Below the pieces are notes generated by a model. That model was not told the DNA's origin and ran no database searches. It saw nothing but the letters and a program-made list of their open reading frames with translations. The translations under genes and the position numbers were made by a program. A DNA stretch of 64,000 nucleotides from an uncultured Gammaproteobacteria bacterium (GTDB lineage Bacteria > Cyanobacteriota > Vampirovibrionia > LMEP-6097), in contig CAZELI010000010.1 of NCBI GenBank assembly GCA_964512985.1, positions 2,945 through 66,944 on the forward strand, written 5' to 3'. This document shows, piece after piece, positions 18,560 through 28,326 of this stretch (position 1 is its first letter; the number at the start of each line of letters is the position of its first letter).

Positions 18560-18668
18560 GTCATCCTGAGGAGCCTACGAAGTAGGCGACGTAAGGATCC
18601 ACTACTTCGAATAGTCTATCAATGAGAGTGGATCCTGACGGTCGGGCTACGCCCTCCCTCAGGATGAC
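18560..18668 (-). repeat. Family A nested-palindrome repeat, copy 2 (inverted orientation)
   Basis: Same terminal and central inverted repeats. The arm hairpin is GCCTAC-gaa-GTAGGC. Confidence 0.9.
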
Positions 18669-18680
18669 AACACATTATCC

Positions 18681-19385
18681 CTAACCTTTACTCACCACCT
18701 GGTGATCCGTATATATTTTTAGTTTGTCAGGGTGATGTTGAATTAAATAACCTAAGCCTGTATCAGGGTCACTGAATGCAGCTTGCAAGGGATCTGCTTT
18801 AGAACCACCTTTAGCTACTACAATAATAGACTCTAAATTATTATAAGCAAAAATATCCGTTCCAATAGTTACTGCCCTCGAACAGTTATGATCAGTGGCT
18901 GCCATAGAACTTAACTCTACTTCTGCAGTCACAGTATTAATATAGTCCTCTCCTATAAAGGCTATATGCGCAGTATTAGGGTCTGTGCCTAAACCAGCAA
19001 AAATCAATCTAGGTCCACCAGATTGTTTTACGAAACGATTAAAACTCTCAATATCATCGATATCTATTGCATAGAATCTATCGTCCATCTGATTAATCAA
19101 ATCTGGAAGATTCTCTCGTAATCTTGAAGAGAAGCTCGTACGTTTAGCATCAATCAACTCGTCTAGGTGAGAGAGTTTTAACTCAGGATGAGGCTTACGT
19201 TCCTGAAAATAATTATTTACAGTTGGATAAATACCGGGATTATATAGATCAGCAGCTTCAAAGGTATTACCCACTGGAAGTAAAATTAATCCCGGTTTCT
19301 GAAATTCAGTAATCATTAGATCAGCAATGAATGCGTCTAATTCCTTGGTCGAATCAAAGCTCTTAACTAATAGACTGGTTTCCAA
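18681..19385 (-). CDS. NagB/6-phosphogluconolactonase family protein
   Basis: LLPVGNT and IFAGLGTDPNTAHIAF resemble sugar-phosphate isomerase/lactonase motifs. Confidence 0.6.
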   Translation of the reverse strand: METSLLVKSFDSTKELDAFIADLMITEFQKPGLILLPVGNTFEAADLYNPGIYPTVNNYFQERKPHPELKLSHLDELIDAKRTSFSSRLRENLPDLINQMDDRFYAIDIDDIESFNRFVKQSGGPRLIFAGLGTDPNTAHIAFIGEDYINTVTAEVELSSMAATDHNCSRAVTIGTDIFAYNNLESIIVVAKGGSKADPLQAAFSDPDTGLGYLIQHHPDKLKIYTDHQVVSKG

Positions 19386-19963
19386 ATCTTTACACCACCT
19401 ATCTTTATAATAGTATCAATTGCGTTTTTTGTTCTCTCAAGATTCGCATCTAGATCGAGTTCTGAGACTATGATTCCTAGAATATTAAGTCCTTTAGCTT
19501 TAGCATGCTCAATACTAAGTAAGGAATGATTAATGGTGCCAAGATTAGGACTAACTACCAATACTAATGGCAAATCTAATACTCGAATAATATCAGAAAT
19601 CAAATCACCTTGATTATTTAATGGCACAGCTAAACCTCCTGCACCTTCTACAACTATACATCGATGCTTAGCTTGAATCTGCTTATAATCACTTCGTATC
19701 TTTTGTAAATCAATTTCTACTTGTTCTTTTTCAGCAGCGTATTGTGGTGAAGCTGGATAATGCAGATCATAAGAACAGTAGGTCGCAATGCCATTAATAT
19801 CCTGAGCAATAACCTTATAATCCTTATCCTCACCGCATTGTATGGGCTTGTAATAAGCTATATCCTCAAGTTTATGCCCTGAAGCTAGTAAATCTTTTAA
19901 GATTTTTACACTGTAGAAGGTCTTACCGATACCGGTATTCGTAGCCGAAACAAAAACTTCCAT
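19367..19963 (-). CDS. bioD: Dethiobiotin synthetase
   Basis: ATNTGIGKT P-loop and VVEGAGG. Confidence 0.85.
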   Translation of the reverse strand: MEVFVSATNTGIGKTFYSVKILKDLLASGHKLEDIAYYKPIQCGEDKDYKVIAQDINGIATYCSYDLHYPASPQYAAEKEQVEIDLQKIRSDYKQIQAKHRCIVVEGAGGLAVPLNNQGDLISDIIRVLDLPLVLVVSPNLGTINHSLLSIEHAKAKGLNILGIIVSELDLDANLERTKNAIDTIIKIGGVKIWKPVY

Positions 19964-19966
19964 GTT

Positions 19967-21331
19967 CTATTTAATGCCTACTAAAACTTTCTTATGCTCT
20001 TCATCAATCATATCTACTATAGGATGGAAGTCTATAGTATTATGGTCTTCAAGTTTAAAATATTTATCCATAATCAAACAAGATATAGCATCAAAGCTCA
20101 CATTCACCATAGTCCTAGTCATATCAAGAATTCTATCGATACTTAGTATTACACCAATAGCCTCTAGTGGCAATCCTACTGCTTGAAATACTACAGCTAT
20201 AGTCACGAGGCTACCATGAGGAATACCAGGAGTACCGAAGGTCGCTACTAATACCATACCTACTACAAAGATCTGTTGACTTAATGAAAGTGGCTCAGGG
20301 AGCCAAGCTTGCGCCACAAACAAAGTAACCACCGATTCATAAATCGCAGCACCGTTCATACTCATAGTCGCTCCTATCGGTATCACAAAGGATGCTACTC
20401 GATTAGGAACTTTAAACTCTTTCTCCATTGTTTCTAGAGTTACAGGAAGTGTCGCCGCAGAGCTAGAGGTAGAGAATGCTGTAAGCATAGTCTCACGCAT
20501 TCCCATAAAGAATTGTATCGGAGTGAATTTCGTAAAGAAATGTACCAAAATAGGAGCAACAATAAACAGCATAGAGAAGAGAGCAGCAAATGCCGTCAGC
20601 ATAAACATGCCATATTTAGAAATAGAAGTTAGTCCACCTATAGCAACTGTCTTAGTTATTAAAGCAAAAACTCCAAACGGTGCAAACGCCATAATCCAAT
20701 GAGTCATGGCAAGAATCGCATCTAGAGCGACTTTGAAGAGAGCTAATAATTTATCACCGTTCTTTACAGAGACTAAAGCTGTAGCAAACAAAACTGCAAA
20801 AATTATAATCTGCGTTAAAGAACCACTAGAAAGCGATTCAAAAACATTCGAAGGTATCATACTACCGATAATCTCTCCGACGCCATGGGATTTATCAGTA
20901 ATAAATTTCACAGACTCAGCATGCTCGCCAGAATCAATAATCTTATGCAAGTCTATATACTGCCCAGGTTGAATTAAATTCACCCAGAATAGTCCTAGCA
21001 CAGCAGCAAAGAGCATCTGTACCTTAAATACGATGACCGTCATTAAACCAAACTTACCAATACTCTTCAGCGGTAAGTGTCCAACCCCTACTACTATCGA
21101 ACAGAGTATGACGGGAATCACGATCATCTTAAGTAACTTAAGGAAGATCTCTCCCATCCAAGTAATGTGTCCTAACTTCAGAAAGCCAATACTCGGGTTA
21201 GCCAAACTACCATCAGGATTATTAAGGGAAAAGAAATAACCTAACCCTATTCCCAGAATCAGGCCGATTAGTATACGCCAATGTAAAGCTAATTTCATAG
21301 ATTTGGAAGCCAAGGTCAATAATTCTAACAT
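19967..21331 (-). CDS. Dicarboxylate/amino acid:cation symporter (DAACS family)
   Basis: Polytopic, with SSSAATLP and PIGATMSMNG motifs. Confidence 0.85.
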   Translation of the reverse strand: MLELLTLASKSMKLALHWRILIGLILGIGLGYFFSLNNPDGSLANPSIGFLKLGHITWMGEIFLKLLKMIVIPVILCSIVVGVGHLPLKSIGKFGLMTVIVFKVQMLFAAVLGLFWVNLIQPGQYIDLHKIIDSGEHAESVKFITDKSHGVGEIIGSMIPSNVFESLSSGSLTQIIIFAVLFATALVSVKNGDKLLALFKVALDAILAMTHWIMAFAPFGVFALITKTVAIGGLTSISKYGMFMLTAFAALFSMLFIVAPILVHFFTKFTPIQFFMGMRETMLTAFSTSSSAATLPVTLETMEKEFKVPNRVASFVIPIGATMSMNGAAIYESVVTLFVAQAWLPEPLSLSQQIFVVGMVLVATFGTPGIPHGSLVTIAVVFQAVGLPLEAIGVILSIDRILDMTRTMVNVSFDAISCLIMDKYFKLEDHNTIDFHPIVDMIDEEHKKVLVGIK

Positions 21332-21380
21332 AAATAGAAATTTGTGATACTAGTTTCTTATTATTAGCATGAAATAGTAC

Positions 21381-22475
21381 TTATATAGCCTTAATTAAGC
21401 GTTCTTTATACCACTCCACAAACTTTGTCAGTCCTTCTGCTATTTGGGTCTGAGGGTTATAGCCTAATAGGGATTTGGACTTAGAGATATCGGCATAGGT
21501 AAGCGGTACGTCGCCTGGGACCGCTGGACCGTATTGAACGATGGCTTTCTTGCCTAATCTTTCTTCAAGTAAACGCACCAGCTCATTGACATCAGTAACA
21601 TGAGACTCACCTAAATTAAATATATCGAACTTAGTTTGGTAATCTATTGCTTTCATGATCCCATCCATAATGTCCTCTATATAAGTGAAGTCACGTTTAG
21701 CAGTTCCATCACCATAGATCTGGATTGCTTGACCAGCATCTATTAGCTTAGTAAATTTAGTTATCGCCAGATCTGGCCTCTGGCGTGGTCCATAGACAGT
21801 AAAGAAACGTAAACATACGCTAGGTAAATTATATAAATGACTGAAACTATGTACCATAGCTTCACCTGCTACTTTGGAAGCAGCATAGGGACTGATAGGC
21901 TTACTAATATCTTCGTCTTCTGAGAAAGGAGCCTTAGAGCGAGAACCATAGACTGAGCTTGACGACGCGAAGACAAACTTCTGCACATTAAACTCCGCTG
22001 CAAGTTTCAATAAATTAATAGTAGACTCTCCGTTATTCTTCTGATAGAAGATTGGATTCTCTACACTTGGTCTAACACCTGCTACTGCTGCAATATGCAC
22101 TACATGAGTTATCGCATGCTTCTGGAAGACCTTGCGTAAGCTCATATAATCACAGAGGTCCATGCCATAAAGGCGATAGCCAGCTGCCTCCACAAAATTA
22201 TCAATGCAAGGTCCATCATCAGCAAAGCCGTTTACATAGAGTACTTCAATAGGATTAGAGAAAGATCTATAGGGGCTCACTATATTAGTAGTAAGTTTTT
22301 TAACTGAAGAGATAGGGAAGAACTTAGATAAATTATTACATTTGATATTGATATCGTAATAGTCATTAAAATTATCTACGCCAATAATCTGATGACCTTC
22401 TGCATGTAGCTTCTCTACTAAAGTAGAAGCAATGAATCCAGCTGCACCGGTTACTAAAATTGTTTTCTTGGACAT
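21381..22475 (-). CDS. NAD-dependent nucleotide-sugar epimerase (UDP-glucuronate 4-epimerase-like)
   Basis: VTGAAGFIAS, YAASK and RFFTVYGPRQRPD motifs. Confidence 0.85.
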   Translation of the reverse strand: MSKKTILVTGAAGFIASTLVEKLHAEGHQIIGVDNFNDYYDINIKCNNLSKFFPISSVKKLTTNIVSPYRSFSNPIEVLYVNGFADDGPCIDNFVEAAGYRLYGMDLCDYMSLRKVFQKHAITHVVHIAAVAGVRPSVENPIFYQKNNGESTINLLKLAAEFNVQKFVFASSSSVYGSRSKAPFSEDEDISKPISPYAASKVAGEAMVHSFSHLYNLPSVCLRFFTVYGPRQRPDLAITKFTKLIDAGQAIQIYGDGTAKRDFTYIEDIMDGIMKAIDYQTKFDIFNLGESHVTDVNELVRLLEERLGKKAIVQYGPAVPGDVPLTYADISKSKSLLGYNPQTQIAEGLTKFVEWYKERLIKAI

Positions 22476-23099
22476 TTATTTCCCCAAATGATGGTAAGCA
22501 GCAATGCTATCCTGGATGATTTGCATCATTCTACTATGTACTTCTTCAATACTTAAACCATCTACATCGATAACTTTGATACGCGTAGGTTCCTCTCTAG
22601 CAATGGTCTTATAACCATTACGCACTCTAATAAAGAATAATTTATTCTCAGCTTCAAGTCTGTCTCTATCCTTAGTTCTTCTAGCAGCTTCTTCAGTAGA
22701 GACCATTAGTAAAACAGTTAGATCCGGCTTAATACCTTCACAGATCAAAGCATTAACAACATTAATAGTCTTAATATCTATACCACGTCCATAACCTTGG
22801 TAGGCTACAGTACTATCGATAAAACGATCACAGATGATAACCTTACCTTCTGCAAGTTTAGGCTTAAGTAGAGTCGCTACTTGATGTGCTCTATCAGCTA
22901 AGTAAATCATCAACTCAGCTTTATCTGAGATATCCTCATCACAATCTAGAACTATCTCACGCAATCTTGCGCCTAGCTTAGTATCACCAGGATTATGCGT
23001 AAATAACCAATCATGATTATTAGTTCGAGCATACTCTTTCAACAACTTGATTTGAGTTGTCTTACCTGCTTTATCTGGACCTTCGATAGTGATGAACAT
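22476..23099 (-). CDS. tmk: Thymidylate kinase
   Basis: FITIEGPDKAGKTTQ and DRF.DST motifs. Confidence 0.9.
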   Translation of the reverse strand: MFITIEGPDKAGKTTQIKLLKEYARTNNHDWLFTHNPGDTKLGARLREIVLDCDEDISDKAELMIYLADRAHQVATLLKPKLAEGKVIICDRFIDSTVAYQGYGRGIDIKTINVVNALICEGIKPDLTVLLMVSTEEAARRTKDRDRLEAENKLFFIRVRNGYKTIAREEPTRIKVIDVDGLSIEEVHSRMMQIIQDSIAAYHHLGK

Positions 23100-23151
23100 C
23101 TGTTATTTAGTTTATCATTACAAAGCTCAACGCTGAAGGCTTATCAAATCG

Positions 23152-23276
23152 TCATCCCGAGGAATCTGCCGAAGGCAGATGACGTCGGGATCCAGTCGAG
23201 AATATATATATCAACACTTGACTGGATCGCTACGTCGTCCGTCTTCACTTCGTTACGACGGACTCCTCGCGATGAC
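23152..23276. repeat. Family A-like repeat, divergent subfamily copy 3
   Basis: GTCATCCCGAGG...CCTCGCGATGAC ends, central GGATCCAGTC/GACTGGATC stem, arm hairpins CTGCC-gaa-GGCAG and GTCCGTC-N13-GACGGAC. Confidence 0.7.
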
Positions 23277-23318
23277 GGATAATGGGTATCGGTACTTAAC
23301 AAAAAACTCAGGACAAAT

Positions 23319-23780
23319 TTATTTCTCTGCTACTACTTTAACCAATACTGTTGTAGAAATATTCGCACCAAGGTTAAGAGTAACTTGATACTCACCAAGT
23401 TCCTTGATAGGAGACTGGATATTTACTTGTGCTTTAGTGATGTCTAATTTATGTTGTGATGATACTGCTTCAGCTATTTTCTCTTTAGTGATAGCACCAA
23501 ATAATTTACCGCTCATTCCAGCTCTAGCTTCTATAGTCACTGTAGAATCATCACTTAAATTCTCTTTAGATTTTTCAGCTTTCTCACGTTTCTCTTGAGC
23601 TTGTTTCTCTAATTCAGCTTTACGCTCTTCATATCTGTTTAAGTGATAAGCGTTAGCTACCACGGCTAAACCTCTGCGTAATAAGAAATTACGTGCGTAA
23701 CCTGGTCTAACGCGGATAAGTTCTCCTGCGTTTCCAGCTTGTGAATCTTCTGTGAGTATAACTTCTAATGCTGCTGCCAT
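23319..23780 (-). CDS. rplI: 50S ribosomal protein L9
   Basis: EVILTEDSQAGNAGELIRVRPGYARNFL is the L9 N-domain. Confidence 0.9.
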   Translation of the reverse strand: MAAALEVILTEDSQAGNAGELIRVRPGYARNFLLRRGLAVVANAYHLNRYEERKAELEKQAQEKREKAEKSKENLSDDSTVTIEARAGMSGKLFGAITKEKIAEAVSSQHKLDITKAQVNIQSPIKELGEYQVTLNLGANISTTVLVKVVAEK

Positions 23781-23929
23781 AATATTTAATCCTTCTGTGG
23801 GACAGGGCTTGATTTTAGCATGGTATTTTATAGATCTTATATTATAAAAAGGTGAAATAAAGCTAAAAGATCTATGCTAAAATTTGGTTTCAAGCAAGAT
23901 AATGCGTAATACAAAATAGGAGTATTAAT

Positions 23930-25219
23930 ATGAGTATTAAGACAAAAGTTAACCAAGAAGCAAAGATGCAAAAAGTGAGGACTAAAATGATGAATCAAGA
24001 TAAACAAGGGAAAAATGATTATTTCCCGTTAATGGTGGCGGTGGCATTTGCCTACTTATCGTTTGGGGCTATTACTAATGTTGCTGGCGCAATCATCCCT
24101 AAGATCCGTGAAACTTATCAAGTTAGTTCAACTCTTTCTGTATTATTAGCTGCGACCTTCTTTATTGCTTATGGACTCACTTCTATTCCTTGGGGCATGT
24201 TTATGGATAAAAGTTCTAAGAAACTAACCTTAATTCTTAGCTCAGTAATTACCATGGCAGGAGTTGCATTGTTTGCCGCTATTGCTGGATTCGTACCGAA
24301 TATGATTGCCATGTTCCTTTGTGGTGTCGGTATCACTGGTATTCAAGTGGCGATTAACCCTCTAGTAGCCGAGATCTCCGATCCTGCTAAATACTCTCGT
24401 AACTTGACTTTGTTTATGGTTGTGAACGGTGCTGGTGGCTATTTAGCACCGCAGTTAGTAACGCTAATTAAGAATCAAGGTATGGCATGGTCAGTAACTT
24501 ATTGGGTATTCACTGGAATAGCCTTGATTATGACTCTTGCTATTAGTTTTCCTAAATATCCTGAAACTGTTTCTAGCTCTGCTAAAGCTTCTGATGACAA
24601 ACCTAAAGAGAATCACACTCTTAATCTATTAACCAAGCACCCTTTAATTTATTTATATGCCGTAGGTATTTTTCTATATGTAGGAGTAGAAGTAGGAGTA
24701 GCTAATACTATTGGTTTCTATCTTCAAGACAAACTTAATATAGGAGAGGTTCTTGGCACAGCAGCTGAGGCCGCTAAAAATACTGCTATCAGTAACTATT
24801 GGGGTGGCTTATTACTCGGCAGACTTATAGGGTCACTAGTCCTAGACCGTATTCCAGGTAAGGTAGCTATTATGGCTTATATTTCGCTTGCTGCAGGAGC
24901 TTTATATCTAGCTATGCATGGTGATATCAATCAAGCACTATGGGCATTCCCTCTTATTGGGTTCTTTATTTCTATCATGTTCCCTACTGTCTACAGTCTG
25001 GCAACTAATAGCTTCCCTAAAGAATATTCAAGCGCTATTTCTGGAATACTCTGTACCGCTATCATTGGTGGCGCAGTTGTAGGTCCAGCGATCGCTAGCG
25101 TTGCAGAAATGACCCAAGGCACAAGCCTAGTCCCTAACTGGGATGCAGGGTTACTCGTAGCCTTCGCTTGTTATGCTTATATATTCTGTATTGGAGTTTT
25201 TGCTAGAGAAGAGAAATAG
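23930..25219 (+). CDS. MFS transporter (FucP/sugar-type)
   Basis: About 12 hydrophobic segments and an MFS-like layout. Confidence 0.8.
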   Translation: MSIKTKVNQEAKMQKVRTKMMNQDKQGKNDYFPLMVAVAFAYLSFGAITNVAGAIIPKIRETYQVSSTLSVLLAATFFIAYGLTSIPWGMFMDKSSKKLTLILSSVITMAGVALFAAIAGFVPNMIAMFLCGVGITGIQVAINPLVAEISDPAKYSRNLTLFMVVNGAGGYLAPQLVTLIKNQGMAWSVTYWVFTGIALIMTLAISFPKYPETVSSSAKASDDKPKENHTLNLLTKHPLIYLYAVGIFLYVGVEVGVANTIGFYLQDKLNIGEVLGTAAEAAKNTAISNYWGGLLLGRLIGSLVLDRIPGKVAIMAYISLAAGALYLAMHGDINQALWAFPLIGFFISIMFPTVYSLATNSFPKEYSSAISGILCTAIIGGAVVGPAIASVAEMTQGTSLVPNWDAGLLVAFACYAYIFCIGVFAREEK

Positions 25220-25221
25220 AC

Positions 25222-28200
25222 CTACGCTGCTTGCTTGAACACGGGTTGAGCTTTCGCTAAAGCTGCGTGTTGAGATCTAGTATCTACTGGAGTAACTACT
25301 GTAGTGTACTTACCTCTCTCAAAGAACTTCTGAGTATGATCTATAGTCTCTGCAGTCTTATTCAGGTCATTAGAAGCTTCTGCATATTCTTGTTGAGTAC
25401 GTAAAGTATTAATTGCTCCCATCTCCTGAATAGGATTAAACTCTTGTGCAATACCTTTGAGGTAAGAACCTAAACCAAACATCTGTAATACTACACCAAA
25501 TGGATGTTGTAATAACCAACTTGAAACAGCCATCATTTGACCACCAACTAATTGCCACCAACCAGCAGTCTCTGGATCAAATTTACCTGTTCTACCGACT
25601 ACATCAGTAAATAATCTAATATGACCATGTTGATCTTGTTTAACGTTACGAGCAGCTCCCACTATACCGATAGTAGGAATAAAGTTCGCCAGTCCCACAG
25701 TAAACCAATCTAGCCATTTATTATTGAGCTTATGAGTAACGATAGAAAGTAAACTCGCTGCTAAACCTAAAATACCGCTAGTAGCATACAAGTGAGAAAC
25801 ACTCGCCACGTTAGTATAATCCTTACCACTGGTCATAGAAGTCTTAGTGAAGCCTGCATTCTTAAACAGAATCTGTGCAACTCCATGTCTGTAACCTTTA
25901 ACAGTGAAGAATTGAGCTGTCATCTTCAGACCTTGGATTACATCAGAGATAGTTTCTGCAATAAACTGACCAGTGAATGGTTTGAATTTTTCAATCCATG
26001 CTGACCTGGAGATAGCAAAACCATTGGCTACTTGTCTTAGATTAGACATCTTCTCTTGGCTACCGAAGATCTCTTTTACTTTCTCTGCTTCTGTACCCTT
26101 CTTATAATTATCCAGAATAGTGTTCTCGGCAGTCATAGTACCGCCTGCACGACCTAACTGTAATAGACCATTACCCATCGCCCAAAGAATCTTACGTAAG
26201 AAAGAATTAGGATCAGACCAGTTAGCAGCAAAGTGACACATCTCACCAATAAACTGAGCTGGATATCTAGTAGGTGCCCTAAGTCCTCTAGTAATACCAG
26301 AAGCAAAGTTTCCAACTCCAGCGCAAACCCTTTGTACAGCGTTAGCCCAGAATTCTACTTTAGGACTAAAGAAGGAAGCTGGCATGCCTATTAGACCTGC
26401 ACCCATTAGTCCATAACTAAGTCCATTCATTAAATTACTAAGTAAAGGTCTACTATTCTCGATTTTGAAATATTTACCTATTACTGGTAAGCCTACACAA
26501 AAAGCCGTTACAGTATGCATCTTACCCTTAGTAATATATTTATTAATCCCACGCTCAAGGAAACCAATATCAGGAGTAGTGAGAGTCCTAGAACGCAATT
26601 CTCGTGGATCTTCCACTGTTTTAACTTCTGCAATCGGTGCATCAAACGGAAGTTTTTCTTTTTCTAAGAATTTAGTAAACAAGAAAGCAAATGCAGCATT
26701 GTTTAAATGAATATTATCTATTTGTAAAATCTGGCTCTTGTATTTATCAGCTAAGAACTCTGCCCACTCTTTCTTAGTTTTAATTTGTCCATCAGCTAAA
26801 TGTTGATAGTTATCCTTGTCAAGTAATTTAAGACAATCTGGGTGTCCAGCATTGACATAGGAACCATCAGCTGGGTTCTGCGATAGCAATTCAACCATCT
26901 TGCCACCCACATCATTACGATTCATCAAACCTCTAACGATGATACCTACACCACCACTGATTACCGCTTGAGCAATCGCTGGGGCATCAGTACCAGCACT
27001 GTCTCCGCGCATCACTGATAGTATTTTTTTATTGAGAGATTCTAAATAACGTTTAATAACTTGATCTTTAGTATTAGAAGCACCTACCTCTAAATAGAAT
27101 TGATCATTATCACTAACATTTACTAATATATGCTTATGTTTTGGAGCAGATCCTTTGGCATCAATTTCTTTAATTAAAGCACTTAGATCAGGGCACTTAG
27201 AGAAATCGGTAATATGAGAGATGTCCTTACCATTAATAGTAATCACATCACAATCTTGGGGAATCTTAAATTCTTTCTCTAACCAAGCTTTAGTCTTAGG
27301 ATCTCTTAAACGATTAATTAATAGGTTATAAAACTTAGCTCTTACATCTTGTCTATAAACATTCTTACCATCAATACAATGAGGAGTGAAGTGGGTTATA
27401 CCACCATGAGCATCTCTCAAGATCTCAGTTAATTTCACTTCTGCCTTAGGATCAGCTGGATCTAAAAGTTTAATATCAGGTTTATCAGGTGGATTGAGAA
27501 ACTCTGGCGGGAAATTAATTCCAAGCTTATTTACTTCTTCTATAAATTTAGGGCTAGACCAATGCTCCTTACGTGCTTTCTTGGCAGTAAGCATATATTT
27601 TTCGTATTTAGCAAGAGAAAGATCAGGTATCAGTCTAAAAGCTGCAGGCACAGCCTTAAACTCAAGAACTCTTACTGAATCTCCATCGTTATAACGAATC
27701 TTCAGTAATTCATCGACAATGCCAAATTCTTTATCTAAGAAATTAAATAACTTATTAAAGTTTTGACATTGAGGAGTTAGTCTCAAAGGCTTATCTGCAT
27801 CACTATGAAGTGCGCCATTGAGTCCTCTGATATTAACGTTGAAAGAACCCATCTCAGCTTGCTCCTCACCAATACCAGAGGAGATTGCTTCAGGACTAGT
27901 TGCATTTGGTTTTTGTGCATTGTTAATAGGGTTCTCTACTCCAACCAAACTCTGTCCAGCAAAAGCTCCTGGACGAGCCGTAAGAATAGTTAACTGCGTA
28001 CCTAAGTAATATAAGCATTTGGCAAGAGTAGTATTCCAATGTCTGTCATTTACAGAAGCAAAAGAACTAGTTGAATTAACCATGATAGGATTCTTGTAAT
28101 ACATGGTTCCATCACCATCAGAGAAGAAATCAAACTTATCTGCGGTCTCTAATCTTCTAAAAATCTCTATACCAAGGTCGTAGACAAAGTCTCTAACCTT

Positions 28201-28326
28201 CTCTTTATCACTAGCACTAGCACCTTGGAATAAACTCTCTGGTAGTTCAATCGCTCTATCTTCAAGCATCTCTACCATTTCATGAGCGCGAGCGCGAATC
28301 TCATCTTTAGTCCAAGGTCTATTCAT
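25222..28326 (-). CDS. Large orphan protein: HAD-like N-terminal half plus hydrophobic C-terminal half
   Basis: A 1034-aa ORF. It has HAD-like motifs FFSDGDGTM (DxDxT), LTILTARP and MRGDSAGTD separated by very large inserts. The C-terminal ~450 aa has several hydrophobic segments. No family recognised. Confidence 0.6.
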   Translation of the reverse strand: MNRPWTKDEIRARAHEMVEMLEDRAIELPESLFQGASASDKEKVRDFVYDLGIEIFRRLETADKFDFFSDGDGTMYYKNPIMVNSTSSFASVNDRHWNTTLAKCLYYLGTQLTILTARPGAFAGQSLVGVENPINNAQKPNATSPEAISSGIGEEQAEMGSFNVNIRGLNGALHSDADKPLRLTPQCQNFNKLFNFLDKEFGIVDELLKIRYNDGDSVRVLEFKAVPAAFRLIPDLSLAKYEKYMLTAKKARKEHWSSPKFIEEVNKLGINFPPEFLNPPDKPDIKLLDPADPKAEVKLTEILRDAHGGITHFTPHCIDGKNVYRQDVRAKFYNLLINRLRDPKTKAWLEKEFKIPQDCDVITINGKDISHITDFSKCPDLSALIKEIDAKGSAPKHKHILVNVSDNDQFYLEVGASNTKDQVIKRYLESLNKKILSVMRGDSAGTDAPAIAQAVISGGVGIIVRGLMNRNDVGGKMVELLSQNPADGSYVNAGHPDCLKLLDKDNYQHLADGQIKTKKEWAEFLADKYKSQILQIDNIHLNNAAFAFLFTKFLEKEKLPFDAPIAEVKTVEDPRELRSRTLTTPDIGFLERGINKYITKGKMHTVTAFCVGLPVIGKYFKIENSRPLLSNLMNGLSYGLMGAGLIGMPASFFSPKVEFWANAVQRVCAGVGNFASGITRGLRAPTRYPAQFIGEMCHFAANWSDPNSFLRKILWAMGNGLLQLGRAGGTMTAENTILDNYKKGTEAEKVKEIFGSQEKMSNLRQVANGFAISRSAWIEKFKPFTGQFIAETISDVIQGLKMTAQFFTVKGYRHGVAQILFKNAGFTKTSMTSGKDYTNVASVSHLYATSGILGLAASLLSIVTHKLNNKWLDWFTVGLANFIPTIGIVGAARNVKQDQHGHIRLFTDVVGRTGKFDPETAGWWQLVGGQMMAVSSWLLQHPFGVVLQMFGLGSYLKGIAQEFNPIQEMGAINTLRTQQEYAEASNDLNKTAETIDHTQKFFERGKYTTVVTPVDTRSQHAALAKAQPVFKQAA

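Noticed and set aside
23013-23388. ORFs 23013..23282 and 23179..23388 (plus strand)
   Set aside because: They run antisense to tmk and rplI and across the divergent family A copy. They have no RBS and no family.
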